Source: Octopus sinensis (Eukaryota). Taken from it: 64,000 bases of DNA. Under the pieces are notes generated by a model that saw nothing but the letters and a program-made list of their open reading frames with translations, was not told the DNA's origin and did not search any database. Positions within the stretch are counted from its first letter, which is position 1; the number at the start of each line of letters is the position of its first letter. The position numbers were made by a program, and so were the translations under genes. Positions 47,818-60,357 of this stretch are shown one piece after another. The DNA lies in the NCBI RefSeq assembly GCF_006345805.1, contig NC_043010.1, positions 28,520,001 to 28,584,000 on the forward strand, written 5' to 3'.

Positions 47818-48845
47818 GTTCTGCTAATCGGCCAATAGCTAATTAGCAAAGCTGACTTTTCATTTAGCAGATTAGTGTTTTCGCTAACTTTGGAAACCGT
47901 TAGCAGACAAATTAGCTTCCGCTAAATTTACTTCCAATAACTTTAAGTCCGCTAACAAAATTCATACATTTGTACTTGTCTACTGTTGGCATGTCTTGAA
48001 GAGTCCATCAGGCGTGCTATTGGCTGACTATGTGTACACATGACAAGATGTGATTGACCGATGCGGCAGCAGTTAACTGAGCCGCATTGTGTAATTCTGC
48101 AGTTTTGAGTTGTGTTCACTTATGATGTTGTCACATTACAGACAGTCTTACAGTATCAGCGACAAAAGTGTACATTATTGGCTCATCAAGTTATCGCTTA
48201 TTGTTATGGAAGGTGAAGACGTTTTGTTCGGCCTGAGGATGAAGGGCCTGTTGAGGAGTCTGCAACGGCTGTGGGTGAGGCAGAGGCCACTCAGAATGAG
48301 AGCCAGGTGTTTCAAAACCCATGGCCCCACATGGAGCACTACTTTGTCCTTATGTCAAAGGATAAGAGGAACGCCAAAATCCTGTACTTCTAGTACATCA
48401 TGTGCCAGCCCCAGGAGATCACCATCAAGAGACAAGCGATGAGCCTCTACAACTTGAAGTCGCATGTCAAGAGGAAACACCCAGTGCATGCCATCCAGTT
48501 TGAGGAGAGGATCGAGGCCAGATCTTCCCTTGGGAACCAAACTTCTGGTAGCAGTGTCAGTAGCTACTCGTCACAGCCATATGCAAAGAAAGCATACCAG
48601 ACCAGCATTAGTCAAGTGTTTGCCCAAACTGCTTGCACTAGCGCCTGTCAGTCTATGGTGGACAGAAGAATTGTAGATCTGTTTGTCAACAACATGCTAC
48701 CGCTGCATGTAGTGGAGTCCTCCACATTGGTTGGCCTGATCAAGATGCTGAACCTCAGCAAGATGTTGATGTCCTGTCGCACTTTGTGTAGGATAATCTT
48801 GGCCAGCCATACACAGTTGGAGAAGTATCTTACAAGGTATTTATA
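47818..48845 (+). mobile_element. 5' part of a Tol2/Ac-like hAT transposon
   Basis: Subterminal GCTAA/TTAGC repeats (47820-47960); BED-finger remnant NPWPHMEHYF...MCQP...NLKSHVKRKH; MVDRRIVDLFVNNMLPLHVVES...MSCRTL. Confidence 0.75.
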
Positions 48846-49139
48846 AATCAAAACTGTACCTAGGGTACCCACAATAACAGGAACAGTTATCACTTTAAGA
48901 TGCCACTTCTTTTATATTTCAATTTCCAGGTCCTTATATTTACTTAATTTGTCAAATTCCTTTACAGATATATTTTTATCAGTGGGAATACTTACATCTA
49001 TTAGTCTACTAGTATTTTCTTCTCTGTCTTTAACAGCTATGTCTAGTCAATTAGCCTAAATCATTCTGCCGATGTTGACTGGAAAATCCCAGAGGATAGT
49101 GACATTTTTACCTTCAACGACTGGCTTAGGATGATGTTC

Positions 49140-49430
49140 ATACCGCTAAGCAGAAGTGGTAATTTTGTAGTGTTTAATATTTTCCAATGTAGATACTACC
49201 CTATCTTGGCAATTTTTGTATTCATTTGGTGTCAGCACAGGACATCTTGAGGTGAGATGGTCTATTGTTTTATCAAATGTATTGCAGAATCTGCATTTTG
49301 GATTGAAACTGTTTTGAAGAACGTTAACCTGGTAGTTTTTGGTAAGAAAGTTTTGATCTTGCGCTGCCAATAAGAAACCATCAGTCTCTGCTTCTCAACC
49401 ATTGATGGGTTGTTACTTGGTCTACATCAG
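49140..49430 (-). mobile_element. Dong/R4-type LINE fragment (zinc-knuckle region)
   Basis: AAQDQNFLTKNY, CRFCNTFDKTIDHLTSRCPVL. Confidence 0.75.
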
Positions 49431-49464
49431 CATTTTGGCTTTGAAGTATATATTGTCCATGCAT

Positions 49465-50360
49465 TATTATTATTATTATTATTATTATTCCTTTGTAACA
49501 CACTGTAGGTAAAAATGCACCAGAGTCTTTAGTCATCTTTAGTCATCACAAGGACCTCAGACAGATAATACTTTCCTTAAGAATGTGGGCTGTGCCCAAT
49601 AAGGCTGCTTTTTGCAAGACATCAATCTTGCATGGGATTTCCAGTTGCCTTAAGAAGTCTTGAAATTTCAATGGGATTGAGCCCAATGCTCCAATCACCA
49701 CTGGTATCACTTTTACATTACCCTCTCACATTCCATACAGTCTTGCCATTTCCACTTTCAATTCGGAGTACTTGGTGATTTTTTCAACCTCTTTACTCAC
49801 AACATTCATGTCATTTGGTATGGCTACATCAATGATCTGACAGTATTTGTCTCTCTTACTCAATATGACAATATCCAGCCAATGTTGTTCGATTACCCAA
49901 TCTGTCTGAAAATCATAGTAAGAGAGTATCATTACTTTTCCATCCTCCTGCATAACTTTACTTGGTACGTGCTCATACCAGTTTTCTGTTACTTCATATT
50001 GGTATTTACAGCATAAGAGCCAATGAAGATACACACACACTTTATCATGGTGGCACTTGTATTCTTTTTGTGCAAGGCTCTCACATTCACTTATGAAGTG
50101 GGTCACATTTTCCACAGAGTCTGCTTTTCTGGGTCAGAAGTTTTATAGATGAATTGGTTGCGAGAGCCTGGTCTTGTGCAGCAATGATCAGGCTTTCGGT
50201 GGTACACTTCAAATCACCTCACTCAAGCCATGCCCACAATGCTGTATTATCCTTAATGCCCTGTATATTCCTTTCAAACTGTCTATGTATTCTCATTTCA
50301 AACTGTCCATACATTCTCATTTCAAACTGTCCATGCATTCTCATGCCACCTAGTTTTTGT
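49465..50360 (-). mobile_element. Dong/R4-type LINE 3' end with (AAT)n tail
   Basis: HFISECESLAQKEYK.HHDKV, DIVILSK...IIDVAIPND...EKITKYSEL; ends in an (AAT)n tract at ~49465-49490. Confidence 0.82.
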
Positions 50361-51253
50361 GTGTTTCAGAGGATTCTACTCCAAGAGAAAAAATAAAAAA
50401 TAAAAAAGAGAAAAAAATTTGTTTTAATTGTATTTAGTACTTTAGGATTTTAAGTACTGAGGTTCAACTAAACCCCTTATGGTCGCATTGAATAACTGAA
50501 ACAAAAGATAAAAAATAAATTCTATAATAGACTGTAAAATTCTGAGTTCAAAACCCGCCAGAAAGAAGTCCAAATCCTGCCAAGGGATTTCTGGAGTTGA
50601 TTAGAAAGTACCAACTTGTAAGAACGATGGATCGGGTTGGATGCCTCGTTGTATCTATTCTGGTTCTTTGTTCTGAGTTCAAATCCAATCATGGTCTCCT
50701 TAGGTGGTAGCCTTTAATCCATCATGCTGTTTAACCTAGTCCTTGTGTGCCTTTAGTGGAGTTCACCTCTTACAAATATTCAGACCAGGTCTCTAGTTTG
50801 AACACACCTTCCTCATGCCGATTTCCAAACCCATGTAAAAGGTCGTGGACTCCTTCTTTTTCCCCCTGATTTTTAAAAATCTTTGTTGATTAAAAGTAAA
50901 ATTGATTGAAGTTTTTTTTTTTTTTAATTTAAAATTTGAACTTGAGAAAAACTTTGATGCAAGTTGGAAACGATTTGTCAATTCGAATAGAAATGAATCT
51001 TCTCAATTACAAATTGAATTGAAATCAATTTGAAAACAAAAATATTGAAATTTTCAACTTCGAATTCATTTTTTAAAAAATGTTCAGAAATTATATCTCT
51101 ATTTTAGTTAACAATCACCATGTCTAAAATTTTTGTTTGTGGAAGCAATTCCTTTTAATCAGTCCTCTATTTCATCATCTGAAAAACTGGAAAATAATCC
51201 ACCCAAATAAATGAATTAAAAAGAAAAATCAGAATGGAGACTTTTAAAAAATG

Positions 51254-51527
51254 GGCATTCTTTCGATATAACTCGACAAAATCAAAACATTTCATTTCGG
51301 GTATTTCCGTGGAAGCAAATGATAGTTCGATTCTGTTTTCTGCTTGGAAATTTGCGGATTTTACATACACACATGAAACAGGTAAGAACAAATATGCAAG
51401 GCTTTTGTTCCTTCAAGTTTAAAATGAGACATTGCTGGCATAATTTCGTTAGATCTATACTCCACAACCCACGGAATTACCTGAAGTGAAATGTTTTGAT
51501 TTTGTCGAGTTATATCGAAGGAATGCC
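51254..51527. mobile_element. MITE with ~59-bp TIRs (GGCATTC...) and 8-bp TSD
   Basis: Arms 51254-51312 and 51469-51527; TSD aaaaaatg at 51246-51253 and 51528-51535. Confidence 0.85.
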
Positions 51528-51834
51528 AAAAAATGTAATCAATATGTTATATTTTTATGAAGAGTTGTACTGATAGTAATTTCAGACTTAACACATGTAG
51601 GTGTTTATGTTGTTTAGCCCCAGGTTAGCCATGATCCAGATTTGCTCGTTGATCAAAGAGATTACAACAGTATGTGTCTCCCCCCCCCCCCAGCAGTGTG
51701 CCCTTTCATTTTAAAAACAGAGAGATGTAATTTGAGGTTAAATGTGGCTGATATTTTAGCAAAGCTAATGATTGCATAAGATTCTCGCTCTTTGTCACAT
51801 TTGTCATCGTTAAATAATTATAATAATAATGATG

Positions 51835-51960
51835 ATGGTTTCAAATTTTGCCAGAAGGGCAGCCATTTGGGTGGCAGGTGAGTAGATTACATCGACCCAG
51901 TGTTTTACCGGTACTTAATTTATCGATCTCGAAAAGGTGAAAGGCAAAGTCGACCTCGAA
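51835..51960 (-). mobile_element. SINE family B fragment
   Basis: gattacatcgacccagtg...ggtacttaatttatcgatctcgaaaaggtgaaaggcaaagtcgacctcg. Confidence 0.7.
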
Positions 51961-52733
51961 ATAAGCTATACACGAAGGTAGAAAGAGAGTGTGTGTGTGT
52001 ACGCACGAAGGATGTTTTACATACATACATACATATATGTATGCGCGCATGCATGCATCCACTAACAAAAGGTGGGCCGGAGTGAAAAAAAATATCCCGC
52101 AACGTTGCGGTCGCGGAATAATATTTCAAACGGAACTCCGGATACACTTACACCGATTCTATATGATTTATTTATTTTTATATCTACTGATTTATTGTTT
52201 GTTTTGTGTGTTTGACAAGTGGGTTTTAAAGTAATGTCTTATAGACAACCTAACGTGTTGTTGGTGAGGGGGTCAGTGTTGAAGGCTAGGAAGGGATTGC
52301 CTAAATATTGCAATTATTATAACAAGGATCTCCAAACAAACAAATAAGTCAGAATCAACTGATTAATTATAGGTACAGCTATTGGCTTGTCTTTAAGGTA
52401 TAGTATTATATACATATATATATAGAGAGGGAGAGAATGTGTGTTTGTGTGCATAAGAATTATCTCCTGTCGAAATATGAAATATATATTGCTTGTATAA
52501 AATAGGGAATGTATTCATGCAGAATTGTGTATATATTTATATTTGTAACCATGCTTTTGTGACTTAGTTATGATTTAAGATGTATATCTAATGAATATGT
52601 GTGTGTGCATAAAATGCCTACTCTGTGTGTGTCTATATCCGCACGCTATTAGTATATATTATTTAAGTTATAGTGTATATTTATATATACAGTACAAATA
52701 TACTATACATATACACATGTGTGTGTGTGCCTG

Positions 52734-52771
<38 letters not shown>

Positions 52772-52873
52772 TGAAGTAAGTACATAAATGCAATACATGG
52801 TGGAAAAAATAGTACTCGAATACCAGAGGTAGAGTAATATGCTTTATTGAAAAGCAGCAAAAAATATATCACA

Positions 52874-52919
52874 AAAATTGTTACTCAGAGTTTCACGTTC
52901 TCGTTCGTCGGACAGTTTT
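52874..52919 (-). ncRNA. Minimal type I hammerhead ribozyme motif (U4C variant)
   Basis: Reverse complement: aaaaCTGT-CCGACGA-ACGagaaCGT-GAAA-CTCtGAG-T-A/ACAAtttt; all three stems pair, with one mismatch in stem I. Confidence 0.6.
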
Positions 52920-53219
52920 GTTTATATATATGTGTGTGTGTGTATACATCTATGCAGAAATAAGTTTCTAGTGTGTGTGTACTATGGAATGCATGTATTT
53001 GTGTTTATATGCGTGTAAGGATAGATGAATTTGTGAGTAAATGGATTTGATTTTATGCATATTTAATGTGTATAATTTTGCTCAGCGAATGTGATTGTAG
53101 AATGCATATGATATCTATGCATAGAGTGATTTGTATGATATTACGTGAAGGAACGAAAATATAAATGCTACTACACTCTATAATAGTCTGAGACTTCGTA
53201 CCTTATTAAATAATAATCA

Positions 53220-53520
53220 TTCGGAGTATAAGCACAAGGCCTGAAATTTTGTGGAGAGGGCTAGTCCATTACATCGACCTCAGTGCTCAACTGGTTAATA
53301 ATAGTAATAATAATAATTTCTGATTTAGGCAAAAGGGTGCAGTTTTTAGCGGGGAGGCTTTAGTCGATAACTTTGATGCCAGTACTTGTCTAGTATGTAT
53401 TTTATCGACCCCTGAGCGATGAAAAAGTGATAGTTAACTTCAACGAGATTTGAACCCAGAATGTAAAGAACTGGAAGAAATACCGCCCAGCTCTCTAACG
53501 GTTTGGCCAATCCACGTAGT
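53220..53520 (-). mobile_element. Two SINE family B remnants separated by (AAT)n
   Basis: gcacaaggcctgaaattttgtggagagggctagtcc... and ...tttatcgacccctgagcgatgaaaa...gatttgaacccagaatgtaaag. Confidence 0.65.
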
Positions 53521-53958
53521 AATAATAACAATAACAACTATCATTACTTAATTGCTGCAAACGCAACGGACAACCAACATAAGACAAAGCAAATATTGTT
53601 TTCATTTGATATAATTTCTAGTAAATTTCAAAATGTAGAAATAAGAATGCACACACACACATATTTACCAAGGTGAACTAAGTCCACAACGACCAGATTT
53701 CGATTCCTGTTAAAGCAAACTATTTTTTCTCTCTACCTATGATATCTATAAATTTTACCTTCTATTGAAGGTTTATATGTAACGGCGGATTGGCAGTTTT
53801 AAGAGAACATCGGACAAAATGCATTGCAATATTATTTACATTCTTTGCGAGGTCTGAGTTCAAATCCTACCGTGGTTAACTCATATATATATATATATAT
53901 ATATATATGTACGCACATATAGCTTATATATCTAACATATATACTGTAGTCACAAGTG

Positions 53959-54052
<94 letters not shown>

Positions 54053-54199
54053 ATATATATATTATATATATATATATATATGTGTGTGTGTATGTGTTGG
54101 TTCTTCCTTGTTTCTTGGTAAAAAAAAATATTCATGCTCCTTCATTAATGTTGGCACTTCTGATGGTGGTAAAACCAATTTTCGAATGGAACAATTGGT

Positions 54200-54905
54200 C
54201 CACGGATGTCACATCTGATGGTCAGCAGATGCTTTGGTTGGAATTGGCAGGTCTTTTTGCTTTGGCCATTTATGCGTTATGTTTCTTTGAGGATATTTTT
54301 CAAAATGTCCTATACAGATCTTGATGATGTCACATCATGTTGTTCTCTCTTCTGTGAGCTGCTGCCAAGCTTTATGGTTAGTGTTGATGCTCTAAATTAT
54401 CTCTTTCAGTTGATCTTTCAGTTGATCTTTGTAATGTCACATGGGGAAGCCATGTGGTTTCTTGCCGGTGCTAAGTTCACTGTAGATGATTCAGCTTGGC
54501 AGTCTGCTACTATTCATGCATTAGACATGACCTGCATTTTTGAAATGTTTGATGATAATAAAGTCAATACTGTTGGGTCTGGCCCATTCAGGACTGCAAG
54601 GTCATTGACATAGTTATACCATTTAGATGTTCTTAACTGATAGTAATTTTTTGGTCAATGAAATTATTCCAATGGCAATACAAGGTCCATGTCACACTAC
54701 CATAGAGTAATGTGGAAATAACCTTGGCCTGATACACTGAGCTTGGTTTGTAGTGTCAGATTTTTGTTCCCAAAGGCTTGCTGAAAGAGTTTTCTGAAAG
54801 TGACATGAGTAACTTGTATCCTGTTCTTGATGTCTTTCTTGAAATTCCGTTGCGTAGAGAAGGTGCTTAACTGATCTATTTGTTCCAGTGGTGTGTTGAT
54901 CAATG
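54200..54905 (-). mobile_element. RTE-clade LINE, RT C-terminal/3' fragment
   Basis: DIKNRIQ..HVTFRKL..QAFGNKNLTLQTKLSV..AKVISTLLYGSVTWTLY; SRLPS.IIYSELSTGKKPHG. Confidence 0.75.
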
Positions 54906-55026
54906 TTTTTTCCTTAAGTTCTCTTGGGTTTTTTTCTCTGTATGTACAGTTTTACTCTAATATTGTAACTTTTTTCAAACATAGTCTTGCCCATCACTTT
55001 TTAGCCTCATGTTAAATATATATACA

Positions 55027-55390
55027 CTAGCACTATGATCCAGCAACGCCGGGTGTTAGTGCTAGTGCATGTATATACAGCTGTGTGCATGCGCACATAT
55101 ACGCGAGTACTGTCCTAATCTCTGACCAATCACATACAGCTAGCTGGCATTCAATTGGCGTATCAAGTTTCGGGCATTTTGATTGGGTTTTGGATAGAAA
55201 ATTCACAAAAAAGTCACTTCTATTGATTTTTTAATGGCTTTGTGGGGTGACTGGGGAAATGTAAAGATGTGCACGACCACCCTTGGACGGTTTTGAATGA
55301 CCATAGAAAGTGTGAGCCCGCTAACTGAAAAATTGGGGATTTGTATAAAGGACACACACACAGACATTTTGCCGTTTAAATATATAGAGA
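55027..55390 (-). mobile_element. Short complete non-autonomous Helitron
   Basis: On the - strand: 5' TCTCTATATA after an A; 3' hairpin ccggcgttgctgg then CTAG before a T. Confidence 0.65.
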
Positions 55391-56220
55391 TATATTTTTT
55401 CGTTTTTCAATATTAACATGTATATGTATAATTCTTGATGGGTTTTTTAATTAGTCCACCTGTTACATTATATTCTACTATACACATGTGGCCCTGTTTA
55501 TTATACTTTGTCTCGACCTGTTACCATATTTTTCTTAAACATACCTGTTAGTTTTCATCCTTATTTTTATGTTATAGTTTACTGCACATATAGACGTGCA
55601 TATACATTGATATGTCTGTCTTCTTTTCCCTTTCATCTCTCTTACAATTATTATTACTGTTATTTTTTCCCCTTTTAAAACTTGCTTGCAAATATCTGAT
55701 TTTTTTTTTCCCTATTACCCCATTTGTATTCTCCCTTATTGCATCTTATTTTAATTTACTTCATTTCATTAAACCTCTTTTGATGTCTTTACAACAATTC
55801 CTCACACTGATGAAAATGACAATGCATAAATTTAATTATAATTACTATGGTTATAATATTTTTTTACATATTTGTATTGTCCTTTGAAACGCATGTATGT
55901 ATTGAATCCTATTTTGTATTAAATCTAATTTTGATTCAACATCTTTTTTTCTCCTCCATTTTTCTATAATTGTTTATGGTATTTTTATACCTATAACGAT
56001 ATTTTTCAACTACTGTTTTCATAGTCTTATTACTTGCTCTGGCTGTTTTTTATGAATATGATGAATCTTTATTACAAATCACTCTTTCTCTCTTTTTGGA
56101 CCTCTCAAAAAAGTTTGAATTGTTCTCTTTTGAACTTATTTTTTTAGCTATATATATATATGTGTGTGTGTGTGTATGTGTATATATATATATATATATA
56201 TATGTGTATATGTGTGTATT

Positions 56221-56269
<49 letters not shown>

Positions 56270-56775
56270 GTGTGTGTGTATGTATATATATGTGTATATA
56301 TATGTATAGACAAGAAGAAAATGGAGGAAATATAACAAACAGAAGTGTGTCTTTTGCGCTAGTAAGCCATTATTTAATTAGTAAATAAAGGTGGGACTGA
56401 AGTTGTTTACAATCATTTCTGTTTACCATGGTGACAAAAATATATATTTATATTTTTGCATCGTTGTCAATGGTAGACATCGTCAGAACAAAGAAGTCAG
56501 AGGTAGAGAGACGAAGAGTGAAAGATCAATGGCTATATCTGAAAAGAGAAGATCAAAGATTCGAGTGTCTTACATGATAGTTGGGTTCACAGTTTGTTAA
56601 GTCCGTTGTGAGGTGGATGAAGAATATTAGTTAGATCTGTATATATATGTGTGTGTGTGTATTTATGTATATATGTATTTATGTATAAACTTAGATATGT
56701 TTCGACCAAAGATTGGTCCAAGCCATGTCTAACTTAATAGCACCACCTGATAGGATTATTTGAATCCTGTTTAAG

Positions 56776-58476
56776 TCAAGTTTTGTTTATGGTCCATTCA
56801 AGTAGTGAGTTGTATCCAATTATGGGTGGTTTATCTGGTATTCCTTGAAGGAATCTATTCAGACTCCGTTTAAAGTTGATGGGATCCTTTTCCTCTTTGA
56901 TCCCTTTCGGGACAATGTTAAATAGGGCAGGGCATGTTGAGGAAAAGAAATTATGTTGCAGTGTACATGTATGCTGTGATCTGGAATTGGGCAGGGGACG
57001 TATGGCCCGTGATCCCAGTCTTGGATGAACCTTGAAGCTAATGGGCAAAGTTGGCGATATATTCTCCACATTGTACAAATGATGTACCGCTCACAGCGAC
57101 GCTGGATAGTGTAGAGTTTCAAGGCTTTAAGGCGATCCCAATAATCGAGAGCAGCCATGCCTTCAATTCGTTTGGTGAGTGCCCTCTGGGGTGATTCAAT
57201 CCTCGAGATGTTTTGTCTTGTATGGAGAGACCACAGTGGGCAGCAGTATTCGAGTTGTGGCCGTACAAAGGAGGAAAAAAGTGGTATGATGACACATTGT
57301 TCTCTGGACCGGAAAGTTCTTAAGATCCAGGAACTCATCCTACGAGCTATATCGACCTTCTTGTTGATGTGTGCACTCCAACTGAGATCGTCATCAACAA
57401 TTACACCCAGGTCTCGGATATTGTTAGAGGCTGTGAGCGGATCCCCTGAAGGAAGAGAGTATGGCTGTTTTAGTGAGGAATTTCTTCCAAAATGCATCAG
57501 CTCAAATTTTCCCTCGTTCAGTTGCATTTTGTTTTTGTCTGCCCATTGACTCACAGCATATAGATCAGACTGGAGTTGAGTTCGGTCTGCTTCTTCATTC
57601 ACAATTTGCTGGAGCTTAGTGTCATCAGCAAATATTTTCACTTTGCAGTAATGTACGACACTGGAAAGGTCGTTTATGTAAATTATGAAGAGTAGCGGAC
57701 CCAAGATAGTCCCCTGGGGGACACCGCTGGTGACTTTTGCTGGGCTTGAGTGGACTCTGTCAACTACAACATGTTGTGTTCTATTCGCCAGGAAATACTT
57801 GATCCAGTGTAGAACTTTTCCACGGATTCCAACATTTGCCAGTTTTGAGAGTAGGATATTATGGTCTACCGTCTACCCTGTCGAACGCTTTACTGAAGTC
57901 AAGATATATGACATCAGAGTTCGAACCTGTTCCCAAGGCTTTGAGTACATCTTCAATATGGTGCAAGAGCTGTGTTAGACAGTCCCTGCCACAGCGAAAG
58001 CCATGCTGATTTGCATTTAGGAGTTTGTGGGTCTCCAGGAAGTCAGCTATCCTTGATCTTAACACTCTTTCAAACACTTTAATGATGTGGGAGGTGAGTG
58101 AGATTGGGCGATAGTTGAGTGCGAGGGATCTGTTTCCCTGTTTGAAAACCGGGATGACTGACTGGGATAGAAACTGTTTCGGTATATAACCTGCGTCTAA
58201 CGAATTTCTCCTGAGGTTGGTCAGAGGGGCTGTAAGTTGGTGTCTACATTCCTTCAGGAGACTAGCGGGGAATCTATCAGGGCCTACAGCAGAGTAGTAT
58301 TTGACCTCATTTATTGCTGCTATGATGTCAGTTGCAGTGAAGGTTATGTCAGAGATTTTATGTTGAGAGTCAACTTCGTTCGCTTCTCTTACATTAATAT
58401 CAGTGGGAACACTAAAGACAGAGCAGTATTTCTGCCATTTCTTTAGCATCGTGTTGGGAAATGCCGTTATCATCAA
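56776..58476 (-). pseudogene. LINE B reverse transcriptase (frameshifted)
   Basis: NYRPISLTSHIIKVFERV, QHGFR, YLDFSKAFDRVD, GPLLFIIYINDL, FADDTKL; a 7-bp tandem duplication gtctacc at 57864-57877 shifts the frame. Confidence 0.93.
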
Positions 58477-58686
58477 TCAATGGCCCAATGGGTGAGACAG
58501 TGGTTCTATGCTTATTTGCATAAGAATAGAACACTTTTGGGTTCTGTTTGATGTTTTTGATTACCCACTGTTCCTCCACAGCTCTTTGATTTTCAATGGA
58601 GGTTTTCATGTCGGTCTGCAGATGAAGTTTTTCCAGCTCTAGCCTTTTCATTGTTGTTGAATGTGGATGTTGTATGTGGGAATATT

Positions 58687-59745
58687 TTAATTGGTTGATT
58701 TTTTTGTTGAGTCTTTTGATGCGCCTGATGAGTGTTTTTTTCTTTTAGGGAGCCGGTTTCTGTTTGTGTTAGTAGATTTTGTGGGAGCGTGTTTAGAGCA
58801 TGTATAGGTGACAATGTTGTCAAAGTGCTGCCATGCGGTCTCAATATGGGTGGAATTGAGAGTAAAAGACCAGTCGATGAAAGACAGATCCTTTCTGATT
58901 GCTCCCCAGTCCGCTTTGTGGAAGTTTATGTTGTCAAATGAGTGCCATGGAGTGGGATTGGCTGGTTTGGTTTTTATATGTCGGGAATTAAAATTGCAGA
59001 GTACCATGTCGTAGTCTGAGAGGAGAATTTTTTCAACTGAAATACTGTGAACGAAGCTAGAGTGATTGGTCAATACTAGATCCAAGATCGTTTTATTCTG
59101 TCTCATTGGTTCGAGCACTAGCTGAGTCAGGAAGTATTCATCCATTAGATTAAAGAGCAGTTCTGCTGCTGCTCTATCTGATGTAGAGCATTTGCCTAAC
59201 TTCAGAGTATTTGTGGGCCAGTTCACATGAGGGAGGTTAAAATCACCCATCACTAGTATATTTCCGGAGTTGTACTTCCGAAGGAAGGACTTGACTTTGC
59301 TAAGGCACTCTTCAAAACACTTTAGAGGTGCTTGGGGAGGCCTGTAAAGACCAACAATGATTATGTCCTTGGCCTTGTTGAATAGTGATACAGATTCACA
59401 ATAGCCATTGGAAAATATGTCCTTGGCATCAAGTGAAAAGGAGTCATGGATAAAGATGTCTGTCCCTCCCTCATTTCGGTCTGTGCGATCCACACGTACA
59501 ATGGTGAAATCTTTTATTTTCACCTCGGCGTCCATATGGGTGTTGTTCAGGTGAGTCTCGGTAAGGATAAAGAAAGGGAAGCAATGTGCCGTTTCGGCAA
59601 GCCAACTCTCTATATATGGGATCTTCCATTTTTGGGCAATAATTGATGGGTTGATGCCACCTACATTTAACAGGAATGTCGAGGTAAGGGAAGTTTGATG
59701 TTTGCATTGTTCTAAGTTATGTTTTATGTTGTTCAGTGGTAACAA
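58687..59745 (-). pseudogene. LINE B APE endonuclease domain
   Basis: LLNVGGI, LTETHL, GLYRPP, MGDFNLP, ILDLVLT, SDYDMV. Confidence 0.92.
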
Positions 59746-60090
59746 TGTGGGTAGGAGCTGTATGCGTATGATTTTCTTGTTGGTAGTGGGTGTGTGGTCC
59801 TTGTGATTTGCATAGGTGGTTGCTGATATCTCGTTGGATCTCCTGGCTTAGGTTGGCCTTCATATTTTTTAGGCAAAGATGTTGAGGCGAAAGTGGATGG
59901 TTTTAATTGTTTTGGTGTTTTGCTTATTTGTTTGCTTTTTAATGGCATGTGCAGTGGGGTGATAGTGGTGGATGGTGGTGGGTGATGGCTCGGATGTTTT
60001 TTTCCAGTTCTTTTGCTAGATTCATTATAGCTAAAAAAGAGGAAGAAGTTTCTTGTCTAGAAGAGTTTGTTGTTGAGGTTGTTGTTGTTG

Positions 60091-60357
60091 TTACGCCAGT
60101 GATGCGTTCGAAGAGAAAACACATCTCAGTTTATCGAAGTGTTTATTTATTAATTTAAAAGCAACTTCGATTTGTTTTAATTTATTTTGTATCTGCTGTT
60201 CAGATCGAGTTTGCAAAAGGTGAACTGTTCGTTTAGCAATTTCATTCAGACACGAAGTGCCTATGCTCTCTGTTTGGGTAAGGCAATGCCATGTGTTGAT
60301 AAGAACGTCGATTTCATTATCAGACCAGTTTTTGTTGGATTTTTGGTGGCTAGCCAT
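60091..60357 (-). pseudogene. LINE B ORF1 N-terminus, Myb/SANT-like (trihelix) motif
   Basis: WSDNEIDVLINTW ... RSEQQIQNKLKQI. Confidence 0.6.

Noticed and set aside
56697-56725. Hammerhead ribozyme (hairpin followed by GAAAC on the - strand)
   Set aside because: There is no CTGANGA box; it is better explained as the LINE 3' stem-loop.
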